A DNA stretch of 32,000 nucleotides from Candidatus Saccharimonadota bacterium (GTDB taxonomy: Bacteria > Pseudomonadota > Gammaproteobacteria > Enterobacterales > Enterobacteriaceae_A): the NCBI GenBank assembly GCA_030849285.1, contig CP102982.1:180001-212000 (forward strand). The letters are read 5' to 3'. The translations under genes were made by a program, and so were the position numbers. This document shows positions 11,241-20,254 of this stretch, piece after piece. Numbering within the stretch: the first letter of the stretch is position 1; each line of letters opens with the position of its first letter. Under the pieces are notes generated by a model. That model ran no database searches. It saw only the letters and a list, made by a program, of their open reading frames with translations, and was not told where the DNA came from.

Positions 11241-11930
11241 ATGGTATTATATAAAAAACGTTTAAACTTTATTAAAAGTAAAATTGATATTTATAAAACA
11301 TATCAAATTCAAGATGCTATTAATATTATTAAAGAATTAAGTATTTCTAAATTTATTGAAAGTATAGATGTTGCAATTAAACTTGGGATAAATACTAAAA
11401 AAAAAAATCAAAATATTTCTGGTAATGTATTATTACCTTATGGAACAGGTCGTTTAACTAAAGTTGCAGTTTTTGCAAAAGGTTTACAAGCTAATGATGC
11501 TAAAAGAGCTAATGCTGATTATATAGGTATGGAAGATCTTGCTGAAAAAATAATTAAAAAAAAAATAAATTTTAAATTTTTAATTTCATCAACAAATGCA
11601 TTTTCTTTAGTTAATAAAATAAGTAAAATAATTGGACCTAAGGGGTTAATGCCAAATTTAAAATTTGGTACTATAACTAATAATTTATATGAAACAGTTA
11701 AAAATTTTAAATTTGGTCAAATTATTTATAAAAATGATAAAAATGGTATTATACATAGTATTATAGGAAAAATAAATTTTAATACTTTTTTAATAAAAGA
11801 AAATTTAAAAACATTATTAATTAAAATTAAAAATGAAAAACCTAATGATATAAAAGGTGATTATATAAAAAAAATAACATTATCAAGTACAATGGGTGTT
11901 AGTTTAATTATTGATAAAAATTTTTATTAA
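11241..11930 (+). CDS. rplA: 50S ribosomal protein L1
   Basis: 229 aa, collinear with E. coli L1. It lies 4 nt downstream of rplK. Confidence 0.93.
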   Translation: MVLYKKRLNFIKSKIDIYKTYQIQDAINIIKELSISKFIESIDVAIKLGINTKKKNQNISGNVLLPYGTGRLTKVAVFAKGLQANDAKRANADYIGMEDLAEKIIKKKINFKFLISSTNAFSLVNKISKIIGPKGLMPNLKFGTITNNLYETVKNFKFGQIIYKNDKNGIIHSIIGKINFNTFLIKENLKTLLIKIKNEKPNDIKGDYIKKITLSSTMGVSLIIDKNFY

Positions 11931-12024
11931 TTAATATTAAATTATATTATTATTAATATTTTTAAATTTTTATAAAATTTACTTAATTTATTATTAAAAT
12001 TAACTAAATTTAATAATTTTAAAA

Positions 12025-12255
12025 ATGAAAAAAATTTTTTGTTTTTATTTAAAAAAAATAAATTATAAAAATAATTTTCGGGTATATCCTGGAAAACTAG
12101 GGGAAAAAATATTTAAAAAAATATCAAAATGTGCATGGGGTAAATGGTTAAAAAAACAAACAGTTTTAATAAATGAAAATAATTTTAATATGTCTAATAA
12201 TAAAGATATTAAAAATATAGAATATAAAATGATAAATTTTTTATTTAAAAAATAA
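12025..12255 (+). CDS. yggX: Fe(2+)-trafficking protein YggX family
   Basis: 76 aa. IFCFYLKK...[36 protein letters not shown] matches E. coli YggX ([45 protein letters not shown]). Confidence 0.82.
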   Translation: [76 protein letters not shown]

Positions 12256-12321
12256 TAATTTATTATTTATTTATTTTAAAATTATATATTTACTAAATTT
12301 AAATAATTAAATAATATTTAT

Positions 12322-12408
12322 ATAATTAAATATAATTATATTAAATAAAATACCCCTCCTTATTTATTAAGTAGGGGTATTTTATTAAATATAATTATAT
12401 TTAATTAT
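12322..12408. terminator. Long inverted repeat, a putative bidirectional intrinsic terminator between convergent yggX and rpoD
   Basis: The arms are 12322-12357 and 12373-12408. They pair at 35 of 36 positions, with one A:A mismatch at 12343/12387. The stem top is a CCCC/GGGG core (12353-56 / 12374-77). The loop is 15 nt, and T-rich runs follow the stem on both strands. Confidence 0.6.
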
Positions 12409-13921
12409 CTAAAAAACTATTTAATATATCAGAACGACTTGGGTGTTTTAATTTTTTAATTGCTTTCGCTTCAATTTGACGAATACGTTCACGAGTTACA
12501 TCAAATTTTTTACCTACTTCTTCTAAAGTATAATCTGATTTCATATTAATACCAAATCTCATACGTAATACTTTAGATTCTCTTGGTGTTAATTCAGATA
12601 ATAATTTATTTGTAGTCATTTTTAAATTTTTAGAAGTAGCTTTTATAAATGGAGAATTTGTTTTAGTATCTTCTAAAAAATTCCCAATATTTGAATCTTC
12701 ATTATCTCCTATAGGTGTTTCTAAAGATATAGGTTCATTAGATATTTTTAATATTTTTAAAAGTTTACTTTCAGACATCGACATACGTAAAGCTAATTCT
12801 TTAGGTGTAGGTTTTAACCCAGTTCTTTTAAATATATTTTTTGAAATTTTATTTAATTTATTAATTATTTCTATCATATGAACTGGTATTCTAATTGTTC
12901 TAGCTTGATCTGCTATTGCTCTTGTGATTGCTTGTCTAATCCACCAAGTAGCATATGTTGAAAATTTATACCCTCTACGATATTCAAATCTATCAACTGC
13001 TTTTATTAATCCCATATTACCTTCTTGTATTAAATCTAAAAAATGTAAACCATTATTATTATATTTTTTAGCTATTGAAATTACTAAACGTAAATTTGAA
13101 TTTATTATTTCTTGTTTTGCGTTAATTATTTTGTCTTTACCCATATTAATTTGATTATTTATATATTTTATTTTCTTAATATTAAGACCTATTTTTTTTT
13201 CAATATATTTTATTTTTTGTATACTTTTATTTATTTTTATATATTCTTTTTTAAGCATTAAAGCCCAAGGATGTTTAGTTTTAATTTCTTTTATTAACCA
13301 ACTATTATTTGACTCAAACCCTTTAAATAAAGAAAAGAAAATTTTAGATGGCATTTTACATTTATTTATGCATTTTCTTGCTATAAATTTTTCTTTTTTT
13401 TCTATATAATTTACTTTTAAATTTATTTTTTCAATTAATTCATTTATTTCTTGAGGTACAAATCTAAATTTTATAAAACAATTAATCATTTTTTTTATTT
13501 CTATTATATAATAAATTGAATTATAATTATAATATTTAATATAAAAACACATTTTTTTATAACTTTCTCTCAAAATATTAAACATTTTATTTGATATACT
13601 AAAATTAATTTCTTGTTCTAAATCAAATTTTAACTTTCCGTTTTTAGTATTGTATTTTTTTCTCCTTTTTTGCTTTAAATTAATATATATATTTTTAATT
13701 TTATTTTTTAAATTTTTTTCAATAAAACCAATTAAAAAATCAGATAATCTCTCTCCTCCATTTTTAATTTTATTATATTTTTTTAATATATAATTTATAG
13801 ATTTAGGGTATTTAATTAAATATGATAATATTTGATTTGTACCCTCTTCTATACGTCTTGAAATATCTATTTCTTCTTCTCTTGTTAATAAATCTAAATA
13901 ACCCATTTCTCTCATATACAT
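12401..13921 (-). CDS. rpoD: RNA polymerase sigma-70, regions 1.2 to 4.2. This is the downstream frame of a split rpoD.
   Basis: 506 aa starting [27 protein letters not shown] (E. coli residues ~95 onward). The region 2.4, 3 and 4.2 motifs are conserved ([52 protein letters not shown]). Confidence 0.95.
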   Translation of the reverse strand: MYMREMGYLDLLTREEEIDISRRIEEGTNQILSYLIKYPKSINYILKKYNKIKNGGERLSDFLIGFIEKNLKNKIKNIYINLKQKRRKKYNTKNGKLKFDLEQEINFSISNKMFNILRESYKKMCFYIKYYNYNSIYYIIEIKKMINCFIKFRFVPQEINELIEKINLKVNYIEKKEKFIARKCINKCKMPSKIFFSLFKGFESNNSWLIKEIKTKHPWALMLKKEYIKINKSIQKIKYIEKKIGLNIKKIKYINNQINMGKDKIINAKQEIINSNLRLVISIAKKYNNNGLHFLDLIQEGNMGLIKAVDRFEYRRGYKFSTYATWWIRQAITRAIADQARTIRIPVHMIEIINKLNKISKNIFKRTGLKPTPKELALRMSMSESKLLKILKISNEPISLETPIGDNEDSNIGNFLEDTKTNSPFIKATSKNLKMTTNKLLSELTPRESKVLRMRFGINMKSDYTLEEVGKKFDVTRERIRQIEAKAIKKLKHPSRSDILNSFLDN

Positions 13922-14037
13922 ATTTACTGGGTCATTTATTTGATTTATTTCATATTTAATATTTGAAAAAAAAAGTTTATTAAATTTTATTTTTTTTTTT
14001 CTATTATTATTATAATTATTATTTTTAATTAAATTTC

Positions 14038-14247
14038 TTATTTTTTTTTTTTTGGTTTTTTTTTTTTATTTTTTAATACCTTAATATCCATATTATTAAT
14101 CATTTTAATTATATATTTAATTTTCTCTGAACATTTTAATTCTAATGGTAATAATTTATATATTTCGTTATATATTATATAACCACTTTTTTTACCATTT
14201 TTAATAAGTAATTTTATTTTAGATTGTTGGTTTTTATTTATTTTCAT
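14038..14247 (-). CDS. rpoD: Sigma-70 region 1.1 fragment. This is the upstream frame of the split rpoD.
   Basis: 69 aa. [28 protein letters not shown]...[15 protein letters not shown] is collinear with the E. coli RpoD N-terminus (PQSQLKLLVTRGKEQGYLTYAEVNDHLP...IEDIIQMINDMGIQV). It ends in a Lys run encoded by A12-CC-A13. Confidence 0.85.
   Translation of the reverse strand: MKINKNQQSKIKLLIKNGKKSGYIIYNEIYKLLPLELKCSEKIKYIIKMINNMDIKVLKNKKKKPKKKK
14041..14067 (-). other. Homopolymer frameshift / slippage site joining the two rpoD frames
   Basis: On the + strand, T13 (14041-14053), GG, then T12 (14056-14067). On the coding strand this reads A12-CC-A13. The downstream rpoD frame is open back to 14065, so both frames are open across this site. 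Confidence 0.75.
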
Positions 14248-14323
14248 ATTTTTATTTAATTAATAAATTAATAAATTTAATTATTTTAAAATTATATATT
14301 TTAAAATATTATAATTAATATTT

Positions 14324-16090
14324 TTAAATATTATAAATATTAATTATAATATTATTTAATAAATTTATTTTTTTTTTTTCTTTTAAACTTAAATTATTAT
14401 TTTCAAATTTTGTAATTTTTTTTTTAATTTTTTTTTTAATTATTAAAATTAAAAAATTTATAATATTATTTAAAAAATTTTTTTCAATTAATTTATTATC
14501 AAAAGTTTTAATATTAATTTTTAATAAACTTTTAATTATTTTATATGATTCTTTATTACGATAAATTTCTAATAATTGCCCAGTATTAATATTTGGATTT
14601 TTATTAATAATATTTAATAAATTTATAAATATATTTAACCCAGGGTAATCTTTTTCAATAATTTCTAATTTATTAATAGATGGTATAAATTTTGATAATT
14701 TAGGATTTTGTAATAATAATGAAATTATATTTCTCATATTAGTTTTTTTTATTGTAGAATATTTATTTAAATTATTTATTTTATTTTTTTTTTTTACCCA
14801 ATAATTTAATTGAGTTTCATCTATTAAACCTATTTTAATACTTAATAATTTTCTTAAATTAATTTTTAAAAAATAACCTGGAATTTTTGATATTATATTT
14901 AAAGCATCAATACTTAATTTTATTTTATCACTTATATTATTTAAATTTAATTTAAATGATATTTTTTCAAATAAAAAATCAGAAAATGATTTAGCATTAT
15001 CTATTCTATTTTGAAATTTTTCTTTACCTTCTTTTATTATTAAAATATCAGGATCTTCATTATATGGTAAAAAAACAAATTTTATTTGTTTATCATCTTG
15101 TAAATAAGATATACTTTTTTTTAAAGAATTCCAAGCAGCTTTATAACCTGCATTATCTCCATCATAACAAAATATAATAATTTTAGTTATTTTAAATAAT
15201 AATTGAATATGATATGTTGATATAGATGTCCCTAAAGATGATACTACATAATTAATTCCAAATTGATTTAATATTAAATAATCAAAATAACCTTCTACTA
15301 CTAAAATATATTCTATTTTTTTTTTATTTAATTTATATAAACCATAAAGAATTTGATTTTTATGAAATATTTCTGTTTCAGGTGAATTTAAATATTTAGG
15401 TAAATTATTATTTAATACTCTACCTCCAAAACCTATTGTTCTGTTATTTTTATCCATAATAGGAAACATTATTCTATAAATAAAACGATCATATGCATTA
15501 TCTCCATTAATAATAATCATACCTGTTTTTTTTAAAATTTCCCTTTTTTTTTCATTATATCCAAAAATTTTTAAAATATTATTTTTTTTAAAAATAGAAA
15601 AACCTAATGAAAATTTTTTAATTGTATATTCATTTATTCCCCTTTTTTTTAAATAATCAAGGGCTTTATATCCATTTTTTTCAAATAAATTTTTATGATA
15701 TAAATTTTTAATTTTTTCTAATATATTATATAAATTTTTTTTATTTGTTATTTTATATTTATTTTGTTTTTTATTAAATTTATAAATAATTTTTAAATTA
15801 TTTATTAATGATAATTCTTCTATACTTTCAACAAATGTGAATTTTTCATATTCCATTAAAAAATCTAAAGCATTACCATATATATTACATCCAAAACAAT
15901 AATAAAATTGTTTTTCATTATTTACAGTAAAAGAAGGGGTTTTTTCATTATGAAAAGGACAACAAGAAACATAATATTTTCCTCTTTTTTTTAAAGGTAT
16001 ACTTTTATTAATTAAATCACTAAGATTTGTAATATTGATTAAATTCCTAATAAAAGATTTAGAAATTTTATTATATATTTTTTTTTTCAT
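14324..16090 (-). CDS. dnaG: DNA primase
   Basis: 588 aa. It has the zinc-finger motif CPFHNEKTPSFTVNNEKQFYYCFGC and the TOPRIM EGYFDYL. It sits within the rpsU-dnaG-rpoD operon order. Confidence 0.95.
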   Translation of the reverse strand: MKKKIYNKISKSFIRNLINITNLSDLINKSIPLKKRGKYYVSCCPFHNEKTPSFTVNNEKQFYYCFGCNIYGNALDFLMEYEKFTFVESIEELSLINNLKIIYKFNKKQNKYKITNKKNLYNILEKIKNLYHKNLFEKNGYKALDYLKKRGINEYTIKKFSLGFSIFKKNNILKIFGYNEKKREILKKTGMIIINGDNAYDRFIYRIMFPIMDKNNRTIGFGGRVLNNNLPKYLNSPETEIFHKNQILYGLYKLNKKKIEYILVVEGYFDYLILNQFGINYVVSSLGTSISTYHIQLLFKITKIIIFCYDGDNAGYKAAWNSLKKSISYLQDDKQIKFVFLPYNEDPDILIIKEGKEKFQNRIDNAKSFSDFLFEKISFKLNLNNISDKIKLSIDALNIISKIPGYFLKINLRKLLSIKIGLIDETQLNYWVKKKNKINNLNKYSTIKKTNMRNIISLLLQNPKLSKFIPSINKLEIIEKDYPGLNIFINLLNIINKNPNINTGQLLEIYRNKESYKIIKSLLKINIKTFDNKLIEKNFLNNIINFLILIIKKKIKKKITKFENNNLSLKEKKKINLLNNIIINIYNI

Positions 16091-16112
16091 TTTAATATAT
16101 ATAAATTAAATT

Positions 16113-16322
16113 TTAAAATTTATTTATTTTATTATTTTCATTTTTTTTTTTAATACGTCTTTTTATAGCAGAAATTTTTAATCTTTTACGTTTTGTAGTT
16201 GGTTTTTCATAAAATTCTCTTTTTTTTAATTCTGATAAAATACCAGATTTTTCACATATTCTTTTAAAACGTCTTAAAGAAACTTCAAAGGGTTCGTTTT
16301 CTTTAATTATAATTCTTGGCAT
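16113..16322 (-). CDS. rpsU: 30S ribosomal protein S21
   Basis: 69 aa. [47 protein letters not shown] matches E. coli S21. Confidence 0.95.
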   Translation of the reverse strand: MPRIIIKENEPFEVSLRRFKRICEKSGILSELKKREFYEKPTTKRKRLKISAIKRRIKKKNENNKINKF

Positions 16323-16388
16323 TTCAAATTTCTCATTATAATTTTAAAAATTAAAATAATTAATATTAATAAATTTTTATTTTAAATA

Positions 16389-16461
16389 CTCCTCTGACTG
16401 GATTTGAACCAGTGACATACGGATTAACAGTCCGTTGTTCTACCAACTGAACTACAGAGGA
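16389..16461 (-). tRNA. tRNA-Asn (anticodon GUU)
   Basis: The reverse complement TCCTCTGTAGTTCAGTTGGTAGAACAACGGACTGTTAATCCGTATGTCACTGGTTCAAATCCAGTCAGAGGAG is nearly identical to E. coli tRNA-Asn. No CCA is encoded. Confidence 0.93.
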
Positions 16462-16644
16462 ATTTAATTTTAAAATATATTATATTTTATAATTTTAAAA
16501 AGTCAATAATTATATTTTAATTTTATAATTATAAAATTCTAATATTATTTAATAATTAATTATATTTATATATATATAATTTATAAAAGGTGTAAAAATT
16601 ATTTTTAATTTAATTTTATAATAATTAAAATATTATGAGAAATA

Positions 16645-17667
16645 ATGATATTTAAAATTTTAGAAAAATTATATAATTTTAACTTTATAAATAAATTTGA
16701 AAGTTACAAATTATTTAATGAAATTTATAATAAAAAATTAAATAATAAAAAAATAATTTCATTTATTATTAGTATAAAAATAAGAGGTTATTATATAGAA
16801 GAAATATTAGGTTCTATAAAATTATTACTTAAAAAAACAAAAGGGGGTGTAAAACCTAATTATTTATTTTGTGATATTGTTGGTACAGGCGGTGATAATA
16901 TAAATAGTATTAATATATCAACAGCAAGTGCATTTATTGCTTCAATTTATGGTATAAAAATTTTAAAACATGGAAACTATAGTATTTTAAATTTATCTGG
17001 ATCATTTAATATATTATCTAAATTTAATATAAAATTAAATATTAATCCTTTTAAAATAATTAATATATTAAATAAATTTGGAATTTTTTTTTTAATTGCA
17101 ACAAAATATAATTCTATTTTTAATAATATTATATTAATTAGAAAAAAAATTAAAAGTAATACATTATTTAATATTATTGCTCCTCTTATTAATCCTTTTA
17201 AACCTAAAGTAATTTTAATTGGAGTAAATAATATTAATTTAATAATAATTATTATAAAAATATTAAAAATTTTAAAATATAAAAATGCAGCTGTAGTTCA
17301 TGGTGGTGGTATAGATGAGTTAGCAATTCATTCTAATACATATATATCAGAACTTAAAAATAATTATATTACAACTTATCAAATAGAACCCAATTTAATA
17401 GGATTTAAAAAATATCCATTAAATAAAATTTTAAATTCAAAAAAAAAAAATTATATTATTTTTAAAAATATTTTAAAAGGTAAAGGTAGTAATATTCATA
17501 ATAAAATAATATCTATTAATGTTAGTTTATTATTAAAATTACTTGGTAAAACAGATTTAATTAAAAATAATAAAATATTATTAAAAATTATTAAAAGTGG
17601 TTATATTATAGATAAAATTAATATATTTTTAAAAAAGGAATTATGTTTTAATGAAAACAATACTTAA
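16645..17667 (+). CDS. trpD: Anthranilate phosphoribosyltransferase. This is a stand-alone transferase domain with no fused TrpG domain.
   Basis: 340 aa, collinear with the C-terminal half of E. coli TrpGD from ..ILEKLY.. onward. Shared motifs are DIVGTGGD.NSINISTASAF, KHGN and AAVVHGGGIDE. It is markedly more degenerate than trpC, trpB or trpA. Confidence 0.88.
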   Translation: MIFKILEKLYNFNFINKFESYKLFNEIYNKKLNNKKIISFIISIKIRGYYIEEILGSIKLLLKKTKGGVKPNYLFCDIVGTGGDNINSINISTASAFIASIYGIKILKHGNYSILNLSGSFNILSKFNIKLNINPFKIINILNKFGIFFLIATKYNSIFNNIILIRKKIKSNTLFNIIAPLINPFKPKVILIGVNNINLIIIIIKILKILKYKNAAVVHGGGIDELAIHSNTYISELKNNYITTYQIEPNLIGFKKYPLNKILNSKKKNYIIFKNILKGKGSNIHNKIISINVSLLLKLLGKTDLIKNNKILLKIIKSGYIIDKINIFLKKELCFNENNT

Positions 17668-19012
17668 TAATATTATAATTAATAAATTAAATTGGATTTC
17701 AAATTATAAAAAAAAAATACCTTTAAATTTTTTAAAATTAAATATTAAAAAAAGTAAACGGTTTTTTTATAAATCTTTAAAAAAAAATTATACTGTTTTT
17801 ATTTTGGAATGTAAAAAAGCTTCTCCTTCTAAAGGTATAATAAGAGAAAATTTTAATATATCAAAAATTGTTTCTATATATAAAAAATATGCAAATGTTA
17901 TTTCTGTAATAACAGATGAAAAATATTTTTGTGGTAATTTTAAATTTTTATTAGAAGCAAGTAAAAATACTAATTTACCTATTTTATGTAAAGATTTTAT
18001 TATAGATGAATATCAAATTTATTTAGCTAGATATTATAAAGCTGATGCAATTTTATTAATGTTATCAATATTAAATAATAAACAATATAGAAAATTAGAA
18101 TTAATAGCTAAAAAATTAAATATGGGCATATTAACAGAAATTTTAACTGAAAATGATCTTAAACGTGCTATAAATTTAAAAGCAAAAATTATTGGTATTA
18201 ATAATCGTAATTTAAATAATTTAAATATTGATTTAGAACGTACTAAAAAATTATCTATTAAAATACCTAAAAATATTATAATTATAAGTGAATCAGGTAT
18301 TAATAATAATATTCAAATTAGAAAGATTAGTAAATATGTTAATGGTTTTTTAATAGGTAGTACTTTAATGTCTGAAAAAGATCTTAATTTTTCAGTTTGT
18401 AAATTACTTTTAGGTGAAAATAAAATTTGCGGTTTAACTTGTAGAAAAGATATTAAAATAGTATATAAAAATGGGATAATATACGGAGGTTTAATATTTA
18501 TAAAAAATTCAATTAGAAAAATAAATGTCAAGAAAGCATTTAATATTATTTCAAATATTCATTTAAAATATATTGGAGTTTTTAAAAATAAAAATATTAA
18601 AAATATAATTAAAATAAGTGAATATTTACAATTATATGCTATTCAATTACATGGAGATGAAAATCAAAATTATATAAATATATTGAGAAAATTATTACCT
18701 AAAAAAATTCAAATTTGGAAAGCATTAAAAATATTTAAAAAAATACCAAAAAGAAAATTTAAATATGTTGAAAAATATATTTTTGATAATAAAAATGGAG
18801 GTACAGGTAAAAAATTTAATTGGAATTTAATTAAAAAAGAATTTAATTTAAATAACGTTATTTTAGCAGGGGGGATAAATATTAAAAATTGTATTGAAGC
18901 TATAAATTTAGGTGTTATAGGTTTAGATTTTAATTCAAGTATAGAAATTAAACCCGGTTTTAAAAATAAAAAAATTTTAAATTCATTATTTAATATTTTA
19001 AGAAATTATTAA
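17651..19012 (+). CDS. trpC: Bifunctional indole-3-glycerol-phosphate synthase / phosphoribosylanthranilate isomerase
   Basis: 453 aa. FILECKKASPSKGIIR, ILCKDFIIDEYQIYLARYY and LLGENKICGLT match the fused E. coli TrpC(F). It overlaps the trpD 3' end by 17 nt. Confidence 0.96.
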   Translation: MKTILNNIIINKLNWISNYKKKIPLNFLKLNIKKSKRFFYKSLKKNYTVFILECKKASPSKGIIRENFNISKIVSIYKKYANVISVITDEKYFCGNFKFLLEASKNTNLPILCKDFIIDEYQIYLARYYKADAILLMLSILNNKQYRKLELIAKKLNMGILTEILTENDLKRAINLKAKIIGINNRNLNNLNIDLERTKKLSIKIPKNIIIISESGINNNIQIRKISKYVNGFLIGSTLMSEKDLNFSVCKLLLGENKICGLTCRKDIKIVYKNGIIYGGLIFIKNSIRKINVKKAFNIISNIHLKYIGVFKNKNIKNIIKISEYLQLYAIQLHGDENQNYINILRKLLPKKIQIWKALKIFKKIPKRKFKYVEKYIFDNKNGGTGKKFNWNLIKKEFNLNNVILAGGINIKNCIEAINLGVIGLDFNSSIEIKPGFKNKKILNSLFNILRNY

Positions 19013-19064
19013 TTTAATAAATTATAAAAAAATAATAATTTAAGGTAAAAAAAAAAAAAAAATT

Positions 19065-20246
19065 ATGAAAAAAACACTTAATCCTTATTTTGGTAATTTT
19101 GGAGGACAATATGTTCCTCAAATTCTTATACCTCCATTAAATGAATTAGAAAAATATTTTTTAAATTCTTTAAATGATAATAATTTTAAAACAAAATTTT
19201 TAAATTTACTCAGAAATTATGCTGGTCGACCTACTCCATTAACATTATGTAAAAATATAACAAAAAAAACAAATACAAAATTATATTTAAAACGTGAAGA
19301 TTTATTACATGGTGGTGCACATAAAACAAATCAAGTTTTAGGACAAGCATTATTAGCTAAAAAAATGAATAAGAGTAAAATTATTGCTGAAACTGGAGCT
19401 GGTCAACATGGAGTTGCATCCGCTTTTGCTAGCGCTTTATTAGGTTTAAAATGTAGAATTTATATGGGAGAAAAAGATTTAAAAAGACAGATGCCTAATG
19501 TTTTTAGAATGCGTCTTATGGGAGCAAAAGTAATACCGGTAAAATCAGGTTCTTCTACACTTAAAGATGCTTGTAATGAAGCATTAAGAGATTGGTCTGA
19601 AAATTACAAAACATCGTATTATATGTTAGGAACTGTAGCTGGACCTCATCCATATCCTATTATTGTTCGTGAATTTCAAAAAATAATAGGTGAAGAAACT
19701 AAAAAACAAATAATTGAAAAAGAAAAAAAACTTCCGAATATAATTTTAGCATGTATTGGAGGTGGTTCTAACGCTATTGGAATATTTTCTAAATTTATTA
19801 ATGATAATAATGTTAAATTAATTGGTGTTGAACCAGCAGGATTAGGTTTAAATTCTAATAAACATAGCGCAACTATAAATTGTGGTAGTTTAGGAATATA
19901 TTTTGGTATGAAATCTTTAATAATTCAAAATAATGATGGTCAAATAAAAGAATCATATTCTATATCAGCAGGATTAGATTTTCCATCTGTAGGCCCTGAA
20001 CATGCTTTTTTAAATAGTATAGGAAGAATAAAATATGTTTCTATTACTGATAATGAAGCATTAGAAGCTTTCACTCTTTTATCACATTATGAAGGTATTA
20101 TTCCAGCATTAGAATCATCACATGCTTTAGCGTATGCAATAAAAATTATTTATAAAAATCCAAAAAAAAAACAAATAATAATTGTGAATTTATCTGGACG
20201 TGGGGATAAAGATATTTTTACAATTTATGATATTTTAGAAAAATAA
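19065..20246 (+). CDS. trpB: Tryptophan synthase beta chain
   Basis: 393 aa. It has the PLP-lysine motif [10 protein letters not shown], plus GAGQHGVA and GGGSNAIG. Confidence 0.97.
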   Translation: MKKTLNPYFGNFGGQYVPQILIPPLNELEKYFLNSLNDNNFKTKFLNLLRNYAGRPTPLTLCKNITKKTNTKLYLKREDLLHGGAHKTNQVLGQALLAKKMNKSKIIAETGAGQHGVASAFASALLGLKCRIYMGEKDLKRQMPNVFRMRLMGAKVIPVKSGSSTLKDACNEALRDWSENYKTSYYMLGTVAGPHPYPIIVREFQKIIGEETKKQIIEKEKKLPNIILACIGGGSNAIGIFSKFINDNNVKLIGVEPAGLGLNSNKHSATINCGSLGIYFGMKSLIIQNNDGQIKESYSISAGLDFPSVGPEHAFLNSIGRIKYVSITDNEALEAFTLLSHYEGIIPALESSHALAYAIKIIYKNPKKKQIIIVNLSGRGDKDIFTIYDILEK

Positions 20247-20254
20247 GGAAATTA

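Noticed and set aside
14038-14247. The 69-aa lysine-tailed ORF considered as an independent small basic (histone-like or novel) protein.
   Set aside because: It aligns collinearly with sigma-70 region 1.1, and it sits exactly where the rpoD 5' end belongs after dnaG. It is the upstream half of a split rpoD.
16635-16655. A mini-ORF (MRNNDI) just upstream of, and overlapping, the trpD start, considered as a possible trp leader peptide or attenuator.
   Set aside because: It has no Trp codons and no alternative hairpins or terminator structure. Such short ATG...TAA ORFs arise by chance constantly in DNA this AT-rich.
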